A DNA stretch of 64,000 nucleotides, taken from the NCBI GenBank assembly GCA_031835245.2, contig JAVKOQ020000066.1, positions 1-64,000 of the forward strand, in the 5' to 3' direction. This document shows, one piece after another, positions 23,758 to 36,240 of this stretch (within the stretch, counting starts at the first letter, position 1; every line of letters begins with the position of its first letter). The translations under genes and the position numbers were made by a program. This DNA is from Balamuthia mandrillaris (taxonomy: Eukaryota). The notes under the pieces are model-generated. The model saw only the letters and a list, made by a program, of their open reading frames with translations, had not been told where the DNA came from and ran no database searches.

Positions 23758-26700
23758 TTTGTTTTGTGGCACGTTGATGGACCTTTTCTTTTTGCTTCCT
23801 TCATTCCAGAGAAACTCGGGTGGATCGTCTTCCCTCCGAAACTCCCAACGACAGAAACGACAGAGGTCCCTTTTCTCTTCTCTGCTTCTCTGCTTCTCCC
23901 ATATCTTCTAACTTGCCCCTATCTTTTTTTTTATGCGAGCAGCCATTCGAGTGGCGGCCAAGTGGTACAGCCAACATTTATTGGGTGTTATGCCTGTTAT
24001 CCTTCTCACCAACGACAAGGCTTGCCTTCAAAAGGCTCTCGATGATTTCCTCTCCTGCTCCACTGGTACTCTCTCTCATTTTATTCTCTGTATTATTTTG
24101 TTTGTGTTTTTTTCGTTCTCTTCCTGAACCTCCAATTACTAGTGCACGAATATGTGAAAGGCCTTTCGGATAAATATCCTGAATTAGTGGATATCCTCGT
24201 TGAGCCCTCCTCGGAGCAGAGTACCGACGATGTAGATGGCGCCTCCGCCAAGAAAAAGAACTTATTTCCAAAGGTTCCTCCCCTTTCTTCCTTCTCCTAT
24301 TTGTGTTTTTCTTCTTTCTTTTCTCAAGTGTTCAAAAAAGCACAAAACAATGGCAGAGATGACAGAAGGTCTACGCAACAAGATCTATTATCAAGGCACT
24401 CTGACGATGAGCACCAGCAACGCATTAGAGGGATGGGTTCGAGTGGAGGGACTCCCGGAAGACGTTTTGATTCCCGGAAGGGAGAACCTGAACAGAGGCG
24501 TTCATGGGGATGTTGTCGTTATTGAGCTCTTGCCAAAGGAAGAGTGGAAGGCTCCCTCTCGTTTTGTTATTGAGGCCGATGATCCATGTCCGTTTTTCTT
24601 TCTTCTTCGTTCTGTTGTTCTCGGTTTTCATATTAACTTATTCGTTTTCAGTATTGGAGCAACTTGAAATTGAATCTCAAGAAGCCGAGGCCGAAGAGAC
24701 CGAAAAACAAAAACGAAAAGAAGAATCAACAGAAACAAACCAGAAGAAAAACAAAGAAAAGGAACAAGCGGTAACCGAAAAAGAAAAAGAAGGAAGCGAG
24801 AGACAAATCACCGGCAAGATCGTTGGCATCATGCGAAGAAACTGGAAGCCTTACATCGGTTGCTTGGAGCTGGGCCTGAAACCAAACTCTTCTTCTTCCT
24901 CCACCTCTTCTAGCGTCGGCACCCAACATCTCCTCTTTCTTCCGATGGATCGCCATATCCCCAAAATCAGGATCAAGACCAGACAAGCCGACACTCTGCG
25001 CGGCAAACGTATCGTCGTCAGCATTGACGACTGGCAACGAGACTCTGCTTTCCCCAACGGACACTACGTCAGGCAAATTGGAGATATTGGAGACAAGGAG
25101 GCGGAGAGCGAGGCTCTTCTCATTCAACATGACGTACCCTTTCATCCGTTCTCACAAAACGTGTTGGCCTGCCTGCCACAGCTGCCTTGGGTCATCACGG
25201 AGCAGGACATGAAGCAACGAATGGATTTGAGAAATATTTGTGTGTGCAGCATTGATCCTCCAGGTATCACGCCTTGCTTCTGCCTTTCCCTCTGTTTTTG
25301 CTCTCCTCTCTTTCTTTCATTGTTCATTATGTTTTCTTGTAATAGGATGTACCGATATCGATGATGCTCTTCATGTTAATCCTCTTGCAAACGGAAATTA
25401 TGAAGTTGGAGTCCGTATCCTTTTATTCACTATTTTTTATCTCCTTTCTTTGAGGGAATTGTATCTTCTTCCCACTTTAGTCTTTTTTCTGCTTCCTTCA
25501 CTCTTCTTCAAACAAAGATATCGCGGACGTTTCTCATTTTGTTAAGCCAAACACGGCCATTGATGAGGAGGCTGCTTCTCGTGGAACAACTGTTTATCTC
25601 TGCGATCGTCGAATTGACATGTTGCCAAAATTGCTAGGAGAAGGTTTTCTGCTCCTCTCTCATTCTTTATTCAACGTGCTCATATTTCTTTATTGAGAAG
25701 TAACGTTGATCGCTTTGCATTCTCCTGCATTTGGGAGATGACGAAAGAAGCTGAAATCGTGAACGTCAAGTTTTCAAAGTCGGTCATTCGCTCTCGTGCT
25801 TCTCTCACTTACGAAGAAGCCCAAAATCGCATCGATGACATGTATGGCCATCTTTTTTTTCTGCTCTCTTTTACTTTAATCTCTGTTCTCTTATCAACTC
25901 ATTCAAAATTACAAAACAAAACCAAACCAAACTAAACAAAAGACGAATGCAAGATGAGTTAACAGTTCGTCTTCGAATGCTGAACGATGTGGCCAAGTTG
26001 CTCCGACAGAAAAGAATGGATTGTGGTGCTCTTACTTTGGCCTCTCCCGAGATAAGGTTCAAGAAGGACGAAGAAACGCATGATCCCATTGATGTTGAAA
26101 TGTACGAAAGCAGAGAGACGAATCACCTCGTGGAGGAGTTCATGTTGTTGGCCAACATTTCTGTTGCGAAGAAGATCTACTCTTCTTTTCCTACTTTTTC
26201 TCTCCTCAGGTTTTTAACCTTTCTCCTATTATTGCTCTCTTTTCTGCTCTTTTTCTCATCTCTCCCTCCTCTCTCCCGTGAATAGACGACATCCAATTCC
26301 GCCAGAAAAGAACTTTGCTCCGCTTCTCAACATTGCGAAGAAGCTTGGTGTGAAGTTAAACATAAAGACATCCAAAGAGTTGGCCTTATCTCTTGATCAG
26401 TCCGGAGTACGTTTTCTCCTTCTTTCTTCTTTCTTTCTCCTCTTCCTTTTCCTCTTCTTCTTTTGATCCTTTCTTTCTTTGCGTGTCTCGTTTTTTCCAT
26501 TAAACTCGATCTCGTCTCTGTTATTTTAGTTGGCTGAAAAAGATCCGTATTTGGATAAGTTGCTGCGTATATTGACAACTCGATGCATGACCCAAGCCGT
26601 CTACTTCTCCTCCGGCACTGTCTCTCCGGAAGAGTTTTTGCATTACGGTCTCGCCACTCCCATTTACACCCACTTTACATCTCCTATCCGTCGTTATGCT

Positions 26701-27557
26701 GGTTCGTTCCTTCTTCCTCTCTTTTTGTTTTGTTTTAAGTATCCTCATCTTTACCTCCTTCTTTCTTTCTTCTCCTCCTCCTTTCCAACAAAACAGATTT
26801 GGTGGTACATCGGCTGTTAGGAGCAAGCATAGGGATCTACCCTCTCTCCGACGAGCTCGACAAAGAGGCCGTGCACAAGCTCTGCGTCAACCTCAACCAC
26901 CGCCACCGCATGGCCCAAAATGCCTCTCGCGCCTCCGTCGAGCTTCACACCCTCATCTTCTTCAAAGGCAAACAGACACTCGAGGAAGCTTACATCGTGC
27001 GCGTCAAGGCAAACGCTTTCATCGTTCTCGTTCCTCGTTACGGCATCGAAGCGATTGTTTATGTGGATGGAGGAGGGAAGGAGAAAGAGAAAGAGAGCAG
27101 ATTTACGTACGATGAGGAGGAACAAGTCTTGACGGACGGAGTGATCAAGTTTAGACCGTTTGATAAAGTGCAGGTGGTGATAGCGATTGATGACAGTCAG
27201 CCGCATCGACCGCAAGTTGCTGTGAAGTGCGTGGATCCTCCTTTGCACGCGCTGCCTCTTTCTGGTCTCCTTGACGCCTCTTCTTCTGCAACCTCTTCAG
27301 TGCCACTTCCACAGAAAGAAAGGATCGTTGAAGCAGCGGAAGAAAAGACAAAGAAGAGAAAGAAGCCGGAAGAAGACGAAACGGAGAAGAAAGCAGCACA
27401 AAATAATAACAACAACAACAATACGACTAACGGAAAGAAGAAGAAAAGAAAGAACAGAAATAAGAAAAAGAATCAACAACAAAAAGAACCGATGCAAGTC
27501 GCAAGTGCAACAAACGTCGCCGCCTTTCTGGATAGCATCGTCGATAATAACAAATAA
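23301..27557 (+). CDS. DIS3: Exosome catalytic subunit Rrp44/DIS3 (PIN + RNB)
   Basis: [14 protein letters not shown]...[11 protein letters not shown] (CR3), [14 protein letters not shown] (PIN), [16 protein letters not shown] and [19 protein letters not shown]. One splice junction appears broken near 25644-25692. Confidence 0.93.
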
Positions 27558-27584
27558 TAACAAATTCTCTTTCTCTTCTCCATC

Positions 27585-27866
27585 TTATTGTTGGTTTGGT
27601 TGTTGTTTGGGCAGAGAAGAAACAATGCGGCGAAAAGTCGCAATTTGTCGCTTGTGCAGAGCGTATCGCTCAAACTCGTGCGCTTTGTGCGCCGCCACTT
27701 TGACCACCTCCTTTGGCACTTCCGCCAGCAAAGCAACGTTTAGGCCGTAGCTCTTCTTCGCCATTCCTCTTTTCAGTTTATACAAGAAAGTAATTGTGTT
27801 CTCTCTGTTTGTTTTGTTTTGTTTTGTTTTGTTTTGTTTTGTTTTGTTTTGTTTTGTTTTGTTTTG

Positions 27867-27897
<31 letters not shown>

Positions 27898-29224
27898 TTC
27901 ATTAGTTCCTGTAAAGCAGGAGGGAGGAGGAGAACAGGAAGATGAGAGAAGCGTACGGATTGACTTGATCCAAGGCATCGCTGCTCTCTTCCTGAGATTC
28001 AGCGGCAGCAGCGGCAGCCAGCTCATCCGGCTGGGCTTGTTTGGCGTGCTCCAAGAACGCCATGTGATAGTTATGCACCAAGTTGGGATACGTCTCCTCC
28101 AGCTCTGCCAATATGGGATAGTGCGTCACAAAGAGAGTGAAGCATTTCACCTTCTCGATGATGTATTTCAGTGTTGCATAGGCAATCGCCACACTGTTTG
28201 ATATTTTACAAATGAGGAAAACGAGGGGAACAAGAAGGAAGCAAAGGAAGGAAGATGGGAATACAGAAAGACGTACCCGTCGTGAGTGGAAGTACCACGA
28301 CCGAGTTCGTCGAGTATGACCAGCGAGCGATTGGTGGCCTTTCGAAGGATGGTGCTGGTCTCTGAGAGCTCCACGAAGAACGTGCTTTGTCCCTTGTCTA
28401 TGTTTGTATTTAATGTATAAAGGAACATTAGACTCACCGCTGAAAACAAGTAAACACAACAAACCAATATTATCGGAAGCCCCCATTCGTGTGTAGATGC
28501 CATCAAAAGGAGAAAGCTTCACATAAGAGGCTGGCACGTAACTTCCAATCTGCGCCATTATCACTATTAACGCCGTCTTTTTTTAACAGTGAATGAAGGT
28601 TTGGTTTAGTTGATCAGCAACAGGGTTTTAAAGAAAGAAGGTTTTCATACCTGGCGAATGTAAGATGTTTTACCGCCCATGTTCGGCCCCGTCAGCAGCA
28701 CGCACCGCTCTCCATTCTCAGCCATGTTAGTGTCATTCGGGACGAACATCTGCGATCGTCCACTGTCCGCCATGATAGCCTCCACACAAGGATGACGCCC
28801 ATCTTTGATGATGAGCTGCGCTTCTTCTGTTATTTCCGAGGAAGAAGAAGAGGAAGCGGAGGAAGATAAAGCAGAATCCACCAAATGAGGCCGAACATAA
28901 CCGTCTCGGCCGTTGGCGACCAGAGCAAGGGAGTTGAGGCAATCCAATGTGGCCATCTTTTTCATGGCGACGTGGAATGAATCATATTTCTCTCCAAACT
29001 CACTAAACAGTTGTTAGAAGCAAAACAAAAAAAAGAACAAGAACGAAACAAGAAGAAGCCAAACCCTAAAAAGTCGTTCCAGGCATCAGTACAAGCGAGC
29101 ATGAGCTTTTCCTTATACAGGGCAAGCTCTTGTAGCTTCTCGCTTATGAACGGAGAATGATAGCGACCCGCCGTTTTAGTGCTGAATAAAGGAATGTTAA
29201 ATGAACAGTGGAAAGTGTAGAACT

Positions 29225-29267
<43 letters not shown>

Positions 29268-32225
29268 CAAAGAGAAGGAATTTAGGTACCTGCTCAACAG
29301 AAGCCAATCGTTTGGAATCTTTTTGGCCATTGTATTCTTCAACTCTATCATATACTGTACAAAGAGCAAAATGATCAAAACGAAATTTGAAGCATGCAAA
29401 CAAAGAAGACCAGAAAAATACCTCTGTTTGATTTCTGCTCATGTACTCTAAGTTCGGCATTCCAAAGCGCTTTCTTAGCTCGAGGAGATGAGCATGAAGG
29501 CCCTGCGTGATCGTGGTTATAAGCTTCTTGTACTTTGCCACTTCAGGGTACTTTGGCTCCTCTTCGTTCAACACGAACAGCTCCAACTTATCTCCCTCAG
29601 CGGCCGCTGCTGCTGAGATGCAGCCCATAAAGTATTGCACGTCCGCTGAGAGGTCGGGAAACGTGGAAAGCAGGTTTCGTAATAAAGAGGAAGAGACCTT
29701 GTTCTCTACCACTTCTGCAGCTGGAAGCGCTTGCATTATCCTATTTGTTTCAACGAAGAAAGAAAAAGAAGATCAGGAAAACGCGAACGCGGAGAGAAGA
29801 CGAGGCGTTGTAAAGAATTAAACCGTTCGTAAGCGCGTAACATGCTGAGGAAGGCTTGGGTGGAGCATTTTTTGTAATGGCATTGGGCTAGACCACGCTC
29901 GAGGTCGGGTACTTGATGCAACGTGCTCAGCAGGGCTTTGAAGCAACATGATGACGGGTCCATTTCTTTTATCTCTGTTACTGCGTCTAATCTTGCTTCT
30001 ATTTCTCTGTTTGTTTTTACAAGATGTAAGAGAACACAAAATCATATAGAAAGAAGCAAGAAGAATACTTCGTGGCAAGGAGGGGTTGTTGAATCCATTT
30101 GCGCAAAAGACGAGCTCCAAAAGCGGTCTTGGTTTGGTTTAGCAGCCAAAACAAGGTGCCCTTTTCTCCTCCTCCTCCTTGCTGACCTCCTGCGTTTCCT
30201 TCATCCTGCGTTTGGAACAACTCCAAGTTGGCCAAAGTGCTGCCAGGAAGGAACATGGTGGTCGCATTGCTGAAATGCTTGAAGTTGGTAGTAAGGCGAA
30301 GAGCGTTTGCCAAGTGATAACTGGAGAGGTGCTCCACGAGCACACTGAAGCAGGGTAAAATGGACTGAGGGAGCTGCAAAAGACGTTCAAGGGTTTTCGC
30401 AGCATCTTCTTGACTCATTTCCCCTTCGTCTTGTGAAGAAGAAGACGACGACGAGAAAGCAGAAGAAGAAGAGCTGTTGAAAAATTCGGTAAGGTGTAAA
30501 AGAGCAGAGTTGTAGTCCCACCGAGAGTCATCAATGCGTTCGATGCGCATGGCGTGAGAGGAAGATACTCGATGAATGAGCTTCATGCTGGGGGCAGACA
30601 GCGTTTGAGGCAATACAAGTTCGCTGGGCTGAAGATGAGCAAGCCGTGTCTCTAAAGCCTCCCTCGTAAAGTCATCATCAAAGTCATCATAAACAACATA
30701 GCCTGTGGCCAGTTGAATGGCCTGTTATCAAACAACAATCAAGTCAGCACTTGTTAGGGAAAACAAGAATGAAGAACAAAGCAAGCAGACGGCAAAAGAA
30801 AACGTACGACAAGACCGAAATGAACGCGTTCAGAGGAAGGAGCGCGTTCGTAAAGGCACAGAAGAAGATTTGGCGATGCCGAGTCGCCAAGCGAAGAGTC
30901 AATGTCGTCCGGAATGAATGTGGCCTTGGTATAAAGAGCCGTCAATGCTCTCTTGAATGGCCCACTCTTGCTGGCGCTGCCAGCTGCTTTGATGGCTGCC
31001 GTTTCCAGTTGGTTGACCACTCCCACCTTGTAGCCTGCCTCTACCAATCGGCGAACGTGAATGTAGAGACGATGCACAGGCACGCTTGCTGTCATAAAGT
31101 TGTGGCTTGGAAAGCAGCCAATGCTCAATACTTTGGATGCGATCTTTATTTGGTCAATAAAGCAAGGTCAGAGGGGATGCACGAAGCAGAGGGTGATGAA
31201 TAGAAATAGAAAGAGAATGAAATAAGAAATAAGACGAACCTCAGCGTCTTTACCAAAGAATCGATACTTGTAGCCACACTCAACCAACAGCAACACATCC
31301 GGGTGGTCCTCTTTCACCGCCAACACCTGCTGCTCCAACGGAGTGTACTTGATGGAAGGCGACCTGCTGCCTCGTTTTGTTCCGCTTCCGCTCCCGCCCT
31401 TCTTCTGAGGTGTCATATAAGAAGAGGAAGGAGCAGAGAGGGCAGAGGTCTCCCCGATCAACTCGGCGCTGTCTCTGGTCTCTAACGCTCTACAAAGCTT
31501 CTGAGAGAACTGCTTGTGAAGCCGCTCGTTGCTTTGCAGCGTGGAGAGTCGTTCCTTCAACGGCGTTGTCGGCGCGTCACTCGCGAGCGTAAAGTCTCCT
31601 CTCGTTTTCGCCTTTTTCTTTTCCTCTTCGTCCTCCTCCTCGTCCTCTCCTTCTTCATCGCCTTCTGGAGCGGCTGTTCTCTCCAGTTCCCTCTCGTCCT
31701 CTTCGGCCTGAGCGGCGGCAGTCGCCATGTCTTCCGCAGAAGGCTCCCAGTTTCCATCCCCATCGTCCTCTTCTTTTCTCCTCTTCCTCTTCCTCTTCCT
31801 CTGCCTCATCTTCTTCCATCCTCGAAGAAGTAGCAGCAGAGCGCCTGCTGCTGCTTCTTGTTCTTGTCCCACGGTTCTTTGTTCCCGAGGATGAAGCAAC
31901 AGCGTCGTTTCTTCCTCTTTTTCTGCCGCTGAGGGGACTGCTCGTTGGTTTCGGTTTGGCTACTTTTTTTGCTGCCACCTTTTTGCAGCAGCGCTTGTGG
32001 CTTGCTCCGATTATTCAGCAACGGGGGAGTGTTTTCTCCTTGAGCAGAGGAAGTGGTGGTGGAGGCGTCATCTGAGCTGCTGTCGTTTTTTTCTTTCTTG
32101 ATGGCAAAGAAGGCGGAGAGGGTGGTTTGTTGTCCTCCCCCTCCGGATTTGGATGCCGTTGTGGACTTGGGCACGTAGCCTGGAGGCAGCTTGAGCCTGC
32201 GAGCCGCTCCCGATCGAGAAGCCAT
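27585..32225 (-). CDS. MSH3: DNA mismatch repair protein MSH3, with two apparent 1-nt frameshifts in exon 1
   Basis: KYTPLEQQV...[11 protein letters not shown] (MSH3 signature), [12 protein letters not shown] box, [25 protein letters not shown] and SYGLNVA. Confidence 0.92.
27807..27899. repeat. (GTTTT)n microsatellite in the last MSH3 intron
   Basis: About 18 pentamer copies read directly. Confidence 0.95.
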
Positions 32226-32246
32226 GTTTTTTTCACTCTTTTTTTT

Positions 32247-32280
32247 TTTTTGGCGGGAAGAGAGGAAAAGTCGACAAAAA
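32247..32280 (-). promoter_or_regulatory. GTCGAC plus E2F-like TTCCCGCCAAAA immediately upstream of MSH3
   Basis: Minus strand reads TTTTTGTCGACTTTTCCTCTCTTCCCGCCAAAA, ending about 20 bp before the ATG. Confidence 0.6.
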
Positions 32281-32293
32281 TAATTCTGAAAAA

Positions 32294-32741
32294 TTAGTAG
32301 AAATATTTTGGGTTCTTGGAAATTTTTGGAAGGAAAAATTTCGGAGTTTTTTTTTTGTTTGATTTTTGGTTGGTTCGTTGTCTTTTTTTGTTGTTTTGTT
32401 GTTGTGGGCGGGGAGGAGAAGAAGAAGGTCGGGAGTGTTGTCGCAAAGACGCTTTGCGGTCCTCTTCGGGGAGCTGCCATTGGGAGCCCTCCTCGCCTTC
32501 TTTCTCGGGTAAAGAGACCATGGATACCACTCCTTTGTGTGTCTTCCGCGTTTCTGGATATGACGGTCAGCCGCTGATGATGAGCAAAGAAGCAAAAACA
32601 AGACGAAAAGTACCTCCATGAAGTATCGTTGCATCTGGAGAAATGGATATGGCTGCTTTGCCCTTGGCGAGGTCCAATCCGAACATTGATGTGCTATTGG
32701 CGGTTCAATCAGCATCCATTTAGAAAGATGAGATGATATAC

Positions 32742-32780
<39 letters not shown>

Positions 32781-33742
32781 AAGCATTACAGGTTCATGAC
32801 ATCATAAGGACTGCGTAGTTCCATAGCATCATAGGCTTCGCTGGAGAGTATCAAGCCTTTACCCTTAGTCGCGCGCACCAAAGCTAATGCGTTGCTTATA
32901 AAGTACCGGCGAGAGCTCGGATCTATGTGTTTGCGAATTAAGAAACAAGACAGAGGTGGAGGGAAAAAAAGAAACAAGAAGGCAGAGAAGAAAAGCCAAA
33001 GAAGAAAGGAGAAGGAAGAATAAGAACGAAGACGATACTCCGAAGCGCAGTTGCATAAGAGAGTTCAAAAAAGATTCCTCTGGCAAGGGCCTGGCTGGCG
33101 ATCTGCATTTTAAGCTTGAAAGGGAGACGGGAGGTCAAGTCGAGGGTGATAATGTCAACATCCAACGAGGCGCACGCCTGTTGGAAGAGCTTGTCTGAAG
33201 ATGGTTGCACTGCGATAATGTCGTATTTGGCCAAAATTGGATTGTGAACGCTCTGGTTTTGTTAGTTTTGTTAGTCTTGTGGGTTGGCAGAAGAAAGAAG
33301 ACAGTGGAGAAGAGAAGAGAACGATGAGGGAAGAAGAGCGACGACAGGAGAGAGAAGAGAGAGGAGAACAGCAGAGAGAAGAGGGAGAGAGTACCAAGTC
33401 AGAAGGCTTTGTGGAGTCATCGGTAATAAGGGTGAGACGTCTGTACTGCCGTACGGTGGCGTTGGTGGCCTTTTGTGTCTTTGCAAAGGATGATTTGAGA
33501 CGAAGCGCCGTGTCTCCTCTTGACCCTGCCGAAGGAGAGCCGTCACTTTGAAGCTGCATCGCATCCGAGGAGGACGAACTGCCTGCTGTGGACGAGGAAG
33601 AGTTGTGTATTTCTACCAGTGGAGGAGGCGTCGCTTCTTTCGGGTTGATAGTTCCTACTACCACAGTGTTCCATGCTACACATCCATAGCCCACTTTTTT
33701 TTTGAGGAAACATAAATAAAATGTTCGATCAAGTCTATCGGT

Positions 33743-33784
<42 letters not shown>

Positions 33785-33920
33785 GAATCGAAAAATATGA
33801 GAATAAGAAAGGTGCAAACGTACTGCGAGAAGCAGCAAGCATGATGGAACGTCTTCGCTCCTCGGCGGAGGCGCCGGACAGGCCCACGGCCTCATACGGC
33901 AGGTTCAGATCCACAAACAT
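32294..33920 (-). CDS. RPP30: RNase P/MRP subunit p30
   Basis: MFVDLNL, GYGCVAWNT, YDIIAVQP, LDVDIITLDL, GIFFELSY and LILSSEA..AMELRSPYDVMNL. Exact 3' end uncertain. Confidence 0.88.
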
Positions 33921-34200
33921 TATTATGCTGCTGCCTTCCTTCTTTCTTTGCTTCTTCCTTTACTGATCATACTGATCTGCATCTATGATTTTTGAGTGGC
34001 TGATAATGACGTCACCTCCCTGTTTATGATTTCCGGTTGGATAATGAAGTCGACAAATATTTTTCCAGATCGCGGAGACCCGCGGAAATTTGTGAGAAGG
34101 AGAAAGCGCGTCCCAATTTTTGCAGGGGCCAAAAGGAAGAAAGAAAGAAGAAGGGCGGATTTTTCAAACAAAAAAAAAGGTCCAGTGAGCCAAGAACAAC

Positions 34201-34996
34201 ATGGTGCGTTTTTTTTTCTTCCTCTACGTTCACGGTGGCGATGGCCCTCTACGGTGTTTGATTGACATGCGAAATTTGTGTGTGGGTGGTTCTTTAGCCT
34301 CAGGGAGACTACATTAAACTGCACAGGCAGCGCTATGGCTACCGAGCGGACTTTCATGAACGGATGTATGCTTCTCTCTCTCTCTCTCTCTCTCTCCCTC
34401 TCTTCTTTTTGCTCAATGAGGTCGTGCGTTCTCTTATCTTTAAAAAAATACACAATGTAAAATCAAAGCCGCAAGAGAGAGGCCCGAGAAGCCCACAAGC
34501 GGTCACAGTTTGCTCAGAAGGTGCATGGCCTCCGCGCCAAGCTCTACCACCAAAAGAGGCACGCAGAGAAGGTGGAAATGAAGAAGAAGTGCGTTCTCTC
34601 TCTCTCTCTTTCTTTCTTCTCTTCTTCTGTTCCCTCTGTTTTTCTCTCCTCTCCTCTTGCAAGAGTTCCTCTCTTCCTCTCTTCCTCTCCTCCTATCGTC
34701 CTTCTTCCTCTCTTTTTTTCTCTTACTCATGTTCCTCTCCGGTAAAAAATAAAAGGATCTTAATGCACCAACAGAGAAACAACAAACACAAGACGGAGGA
34801 GGGTATCAAGCCTGGTGCCAAGCCTGCCTATCTGCTTGACAGGGAGGAGATTACTCGTGTCAAGGTACTCAGCAACACAGTAAAACAAAAGAGAAAGCAA
34901 AGAGCCGGCAAATGGGACGTTCCTCTTCCCAAAGTTAAACCGATGAGCGAGGCGGAGGTCTTCTCTGTCGTTCGTTCCGGAAAGCGTAAAAGTACG

Positions 34997-35037
<41 letters not shown>

Positions 35038-35586
35038 ATCTATCTATCTCTATCTCTCCTCGCAACTTGTTTTGTTTTTTTGCTCGTTCCTTTTTCCTTA
35101 TATTCTTCCTCCTTCATTCTTTTTTTTTTTCAGAGAACCAATGGAAGAGAATGGTTCGCAAGGTAACCTTTGTTGGAGATGGGTTCACACGTAAACCACC
35201 CAAGTACGAACGCTTCATCCGCCCCGCTGCACTGCGGTACAAGAAAGCCCACGTCACACATCCTGAGCTCAAGGCCACTTTCCACCTGGACATCTTGGGC
35301 GTAAAGAAGAACCCGCAAAGCCCTCTTTACACATCGCTCGGCGTGATCACCAAAGGAACCATCTTGGAGGTGAATGTGAGCGACTTGGGTTTGGTCACCC
35401 CCTCTGGTAAAGTAGTTTGGGGTAAATACGCTCAAGTCACCAACAATCCAGGTTTGCTTTTCCTTCTCTCCTTCCCTTACCATCTCCTTTCTCAGAGGTT
35501 TTTTCCTCCATGCTAACAAACGGTTACCCACATTTTCTCTTCCAACAGAGAATGATGGATGCATCAATGCCGTTTTGTTGGTTTAA
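34201..35586 (+). CDS. NSA2: Ribosome biogenesis protein NSA2 (exon 1 contributes only ATG)
   Basis: [69 protein letters not shown]. Confidence 0.95.
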
Positions 35587-35749
35587 TTTATAGTGATCAA
35601 AGAACAACCGCTTTCGACGAATGAGACCCTCGAGGCCTTTGTTGTGTTCACTTTCTTTTTCGGATCTAACGACTTTTGTACTCTCGTAACCTCTTTGCCA
35701 GTCTTTCCATCTACAATCACGCAGCATGCCAAGACCAAGTTAAGTTGCA

Positions 35750-36240
35750 CTCTTTTTCTCTCCCGATAGCCGATATTTTTTATCAGGGAGGTGAAGCTCC
35801 TGTTCTCGATCCCTTTTCTTTGCTCCGCTCTGGCTCTGCGTCCATCTGTTGTTAACGAACGCAAGAGTGTGAAGTGCGCTGTGGCGCTGCTTCTGCGGTT
35901 GGTCAGCTATGAGAGTTTCCTGTCACTCGGCGTGTGGAGCGGCGGAACTTTCCTTGTGTCAGCTTCTTGATCTTTCTTTGGACTTGGGGAGTACGCTTTC
36001 GTGGTCGTCCTGAGCGTGGTTTGTCTTTTGTGGATGGACGTTTGTCGATGTAGTTGACCCTCCTTTGGGCCGTAGAAGCAGGGCAGCCCAAGCGCCGACT
36101 GATCTGTGAGGCCGTGAGGCCGTGAGGCCGCCATCAAGGTGCAAAGTTTGGATCTTCAGTCGAAGTGCTTCTCTGCCCTGAGGTACAGTTTTCTCAGCTG
36201 CAGCTTGGCCATCAGAGCTGTGCTTGCACTTGAGCAAAGC
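35750..36240 (-). mobile_element. Degenerate Tc1/mariner transposase fragment (HTH DNA-binding part only)
   Basis: After removing an 8-bp duplication it reads LRLKIQTLHLDGGLTASQISRRLGCPASTAQRRV...KDKPRSGRPRKRT (paired-like HTH plus GRPR). No DDE domain or TIRs found. Boundaries approximate. Confidence 0.7.
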
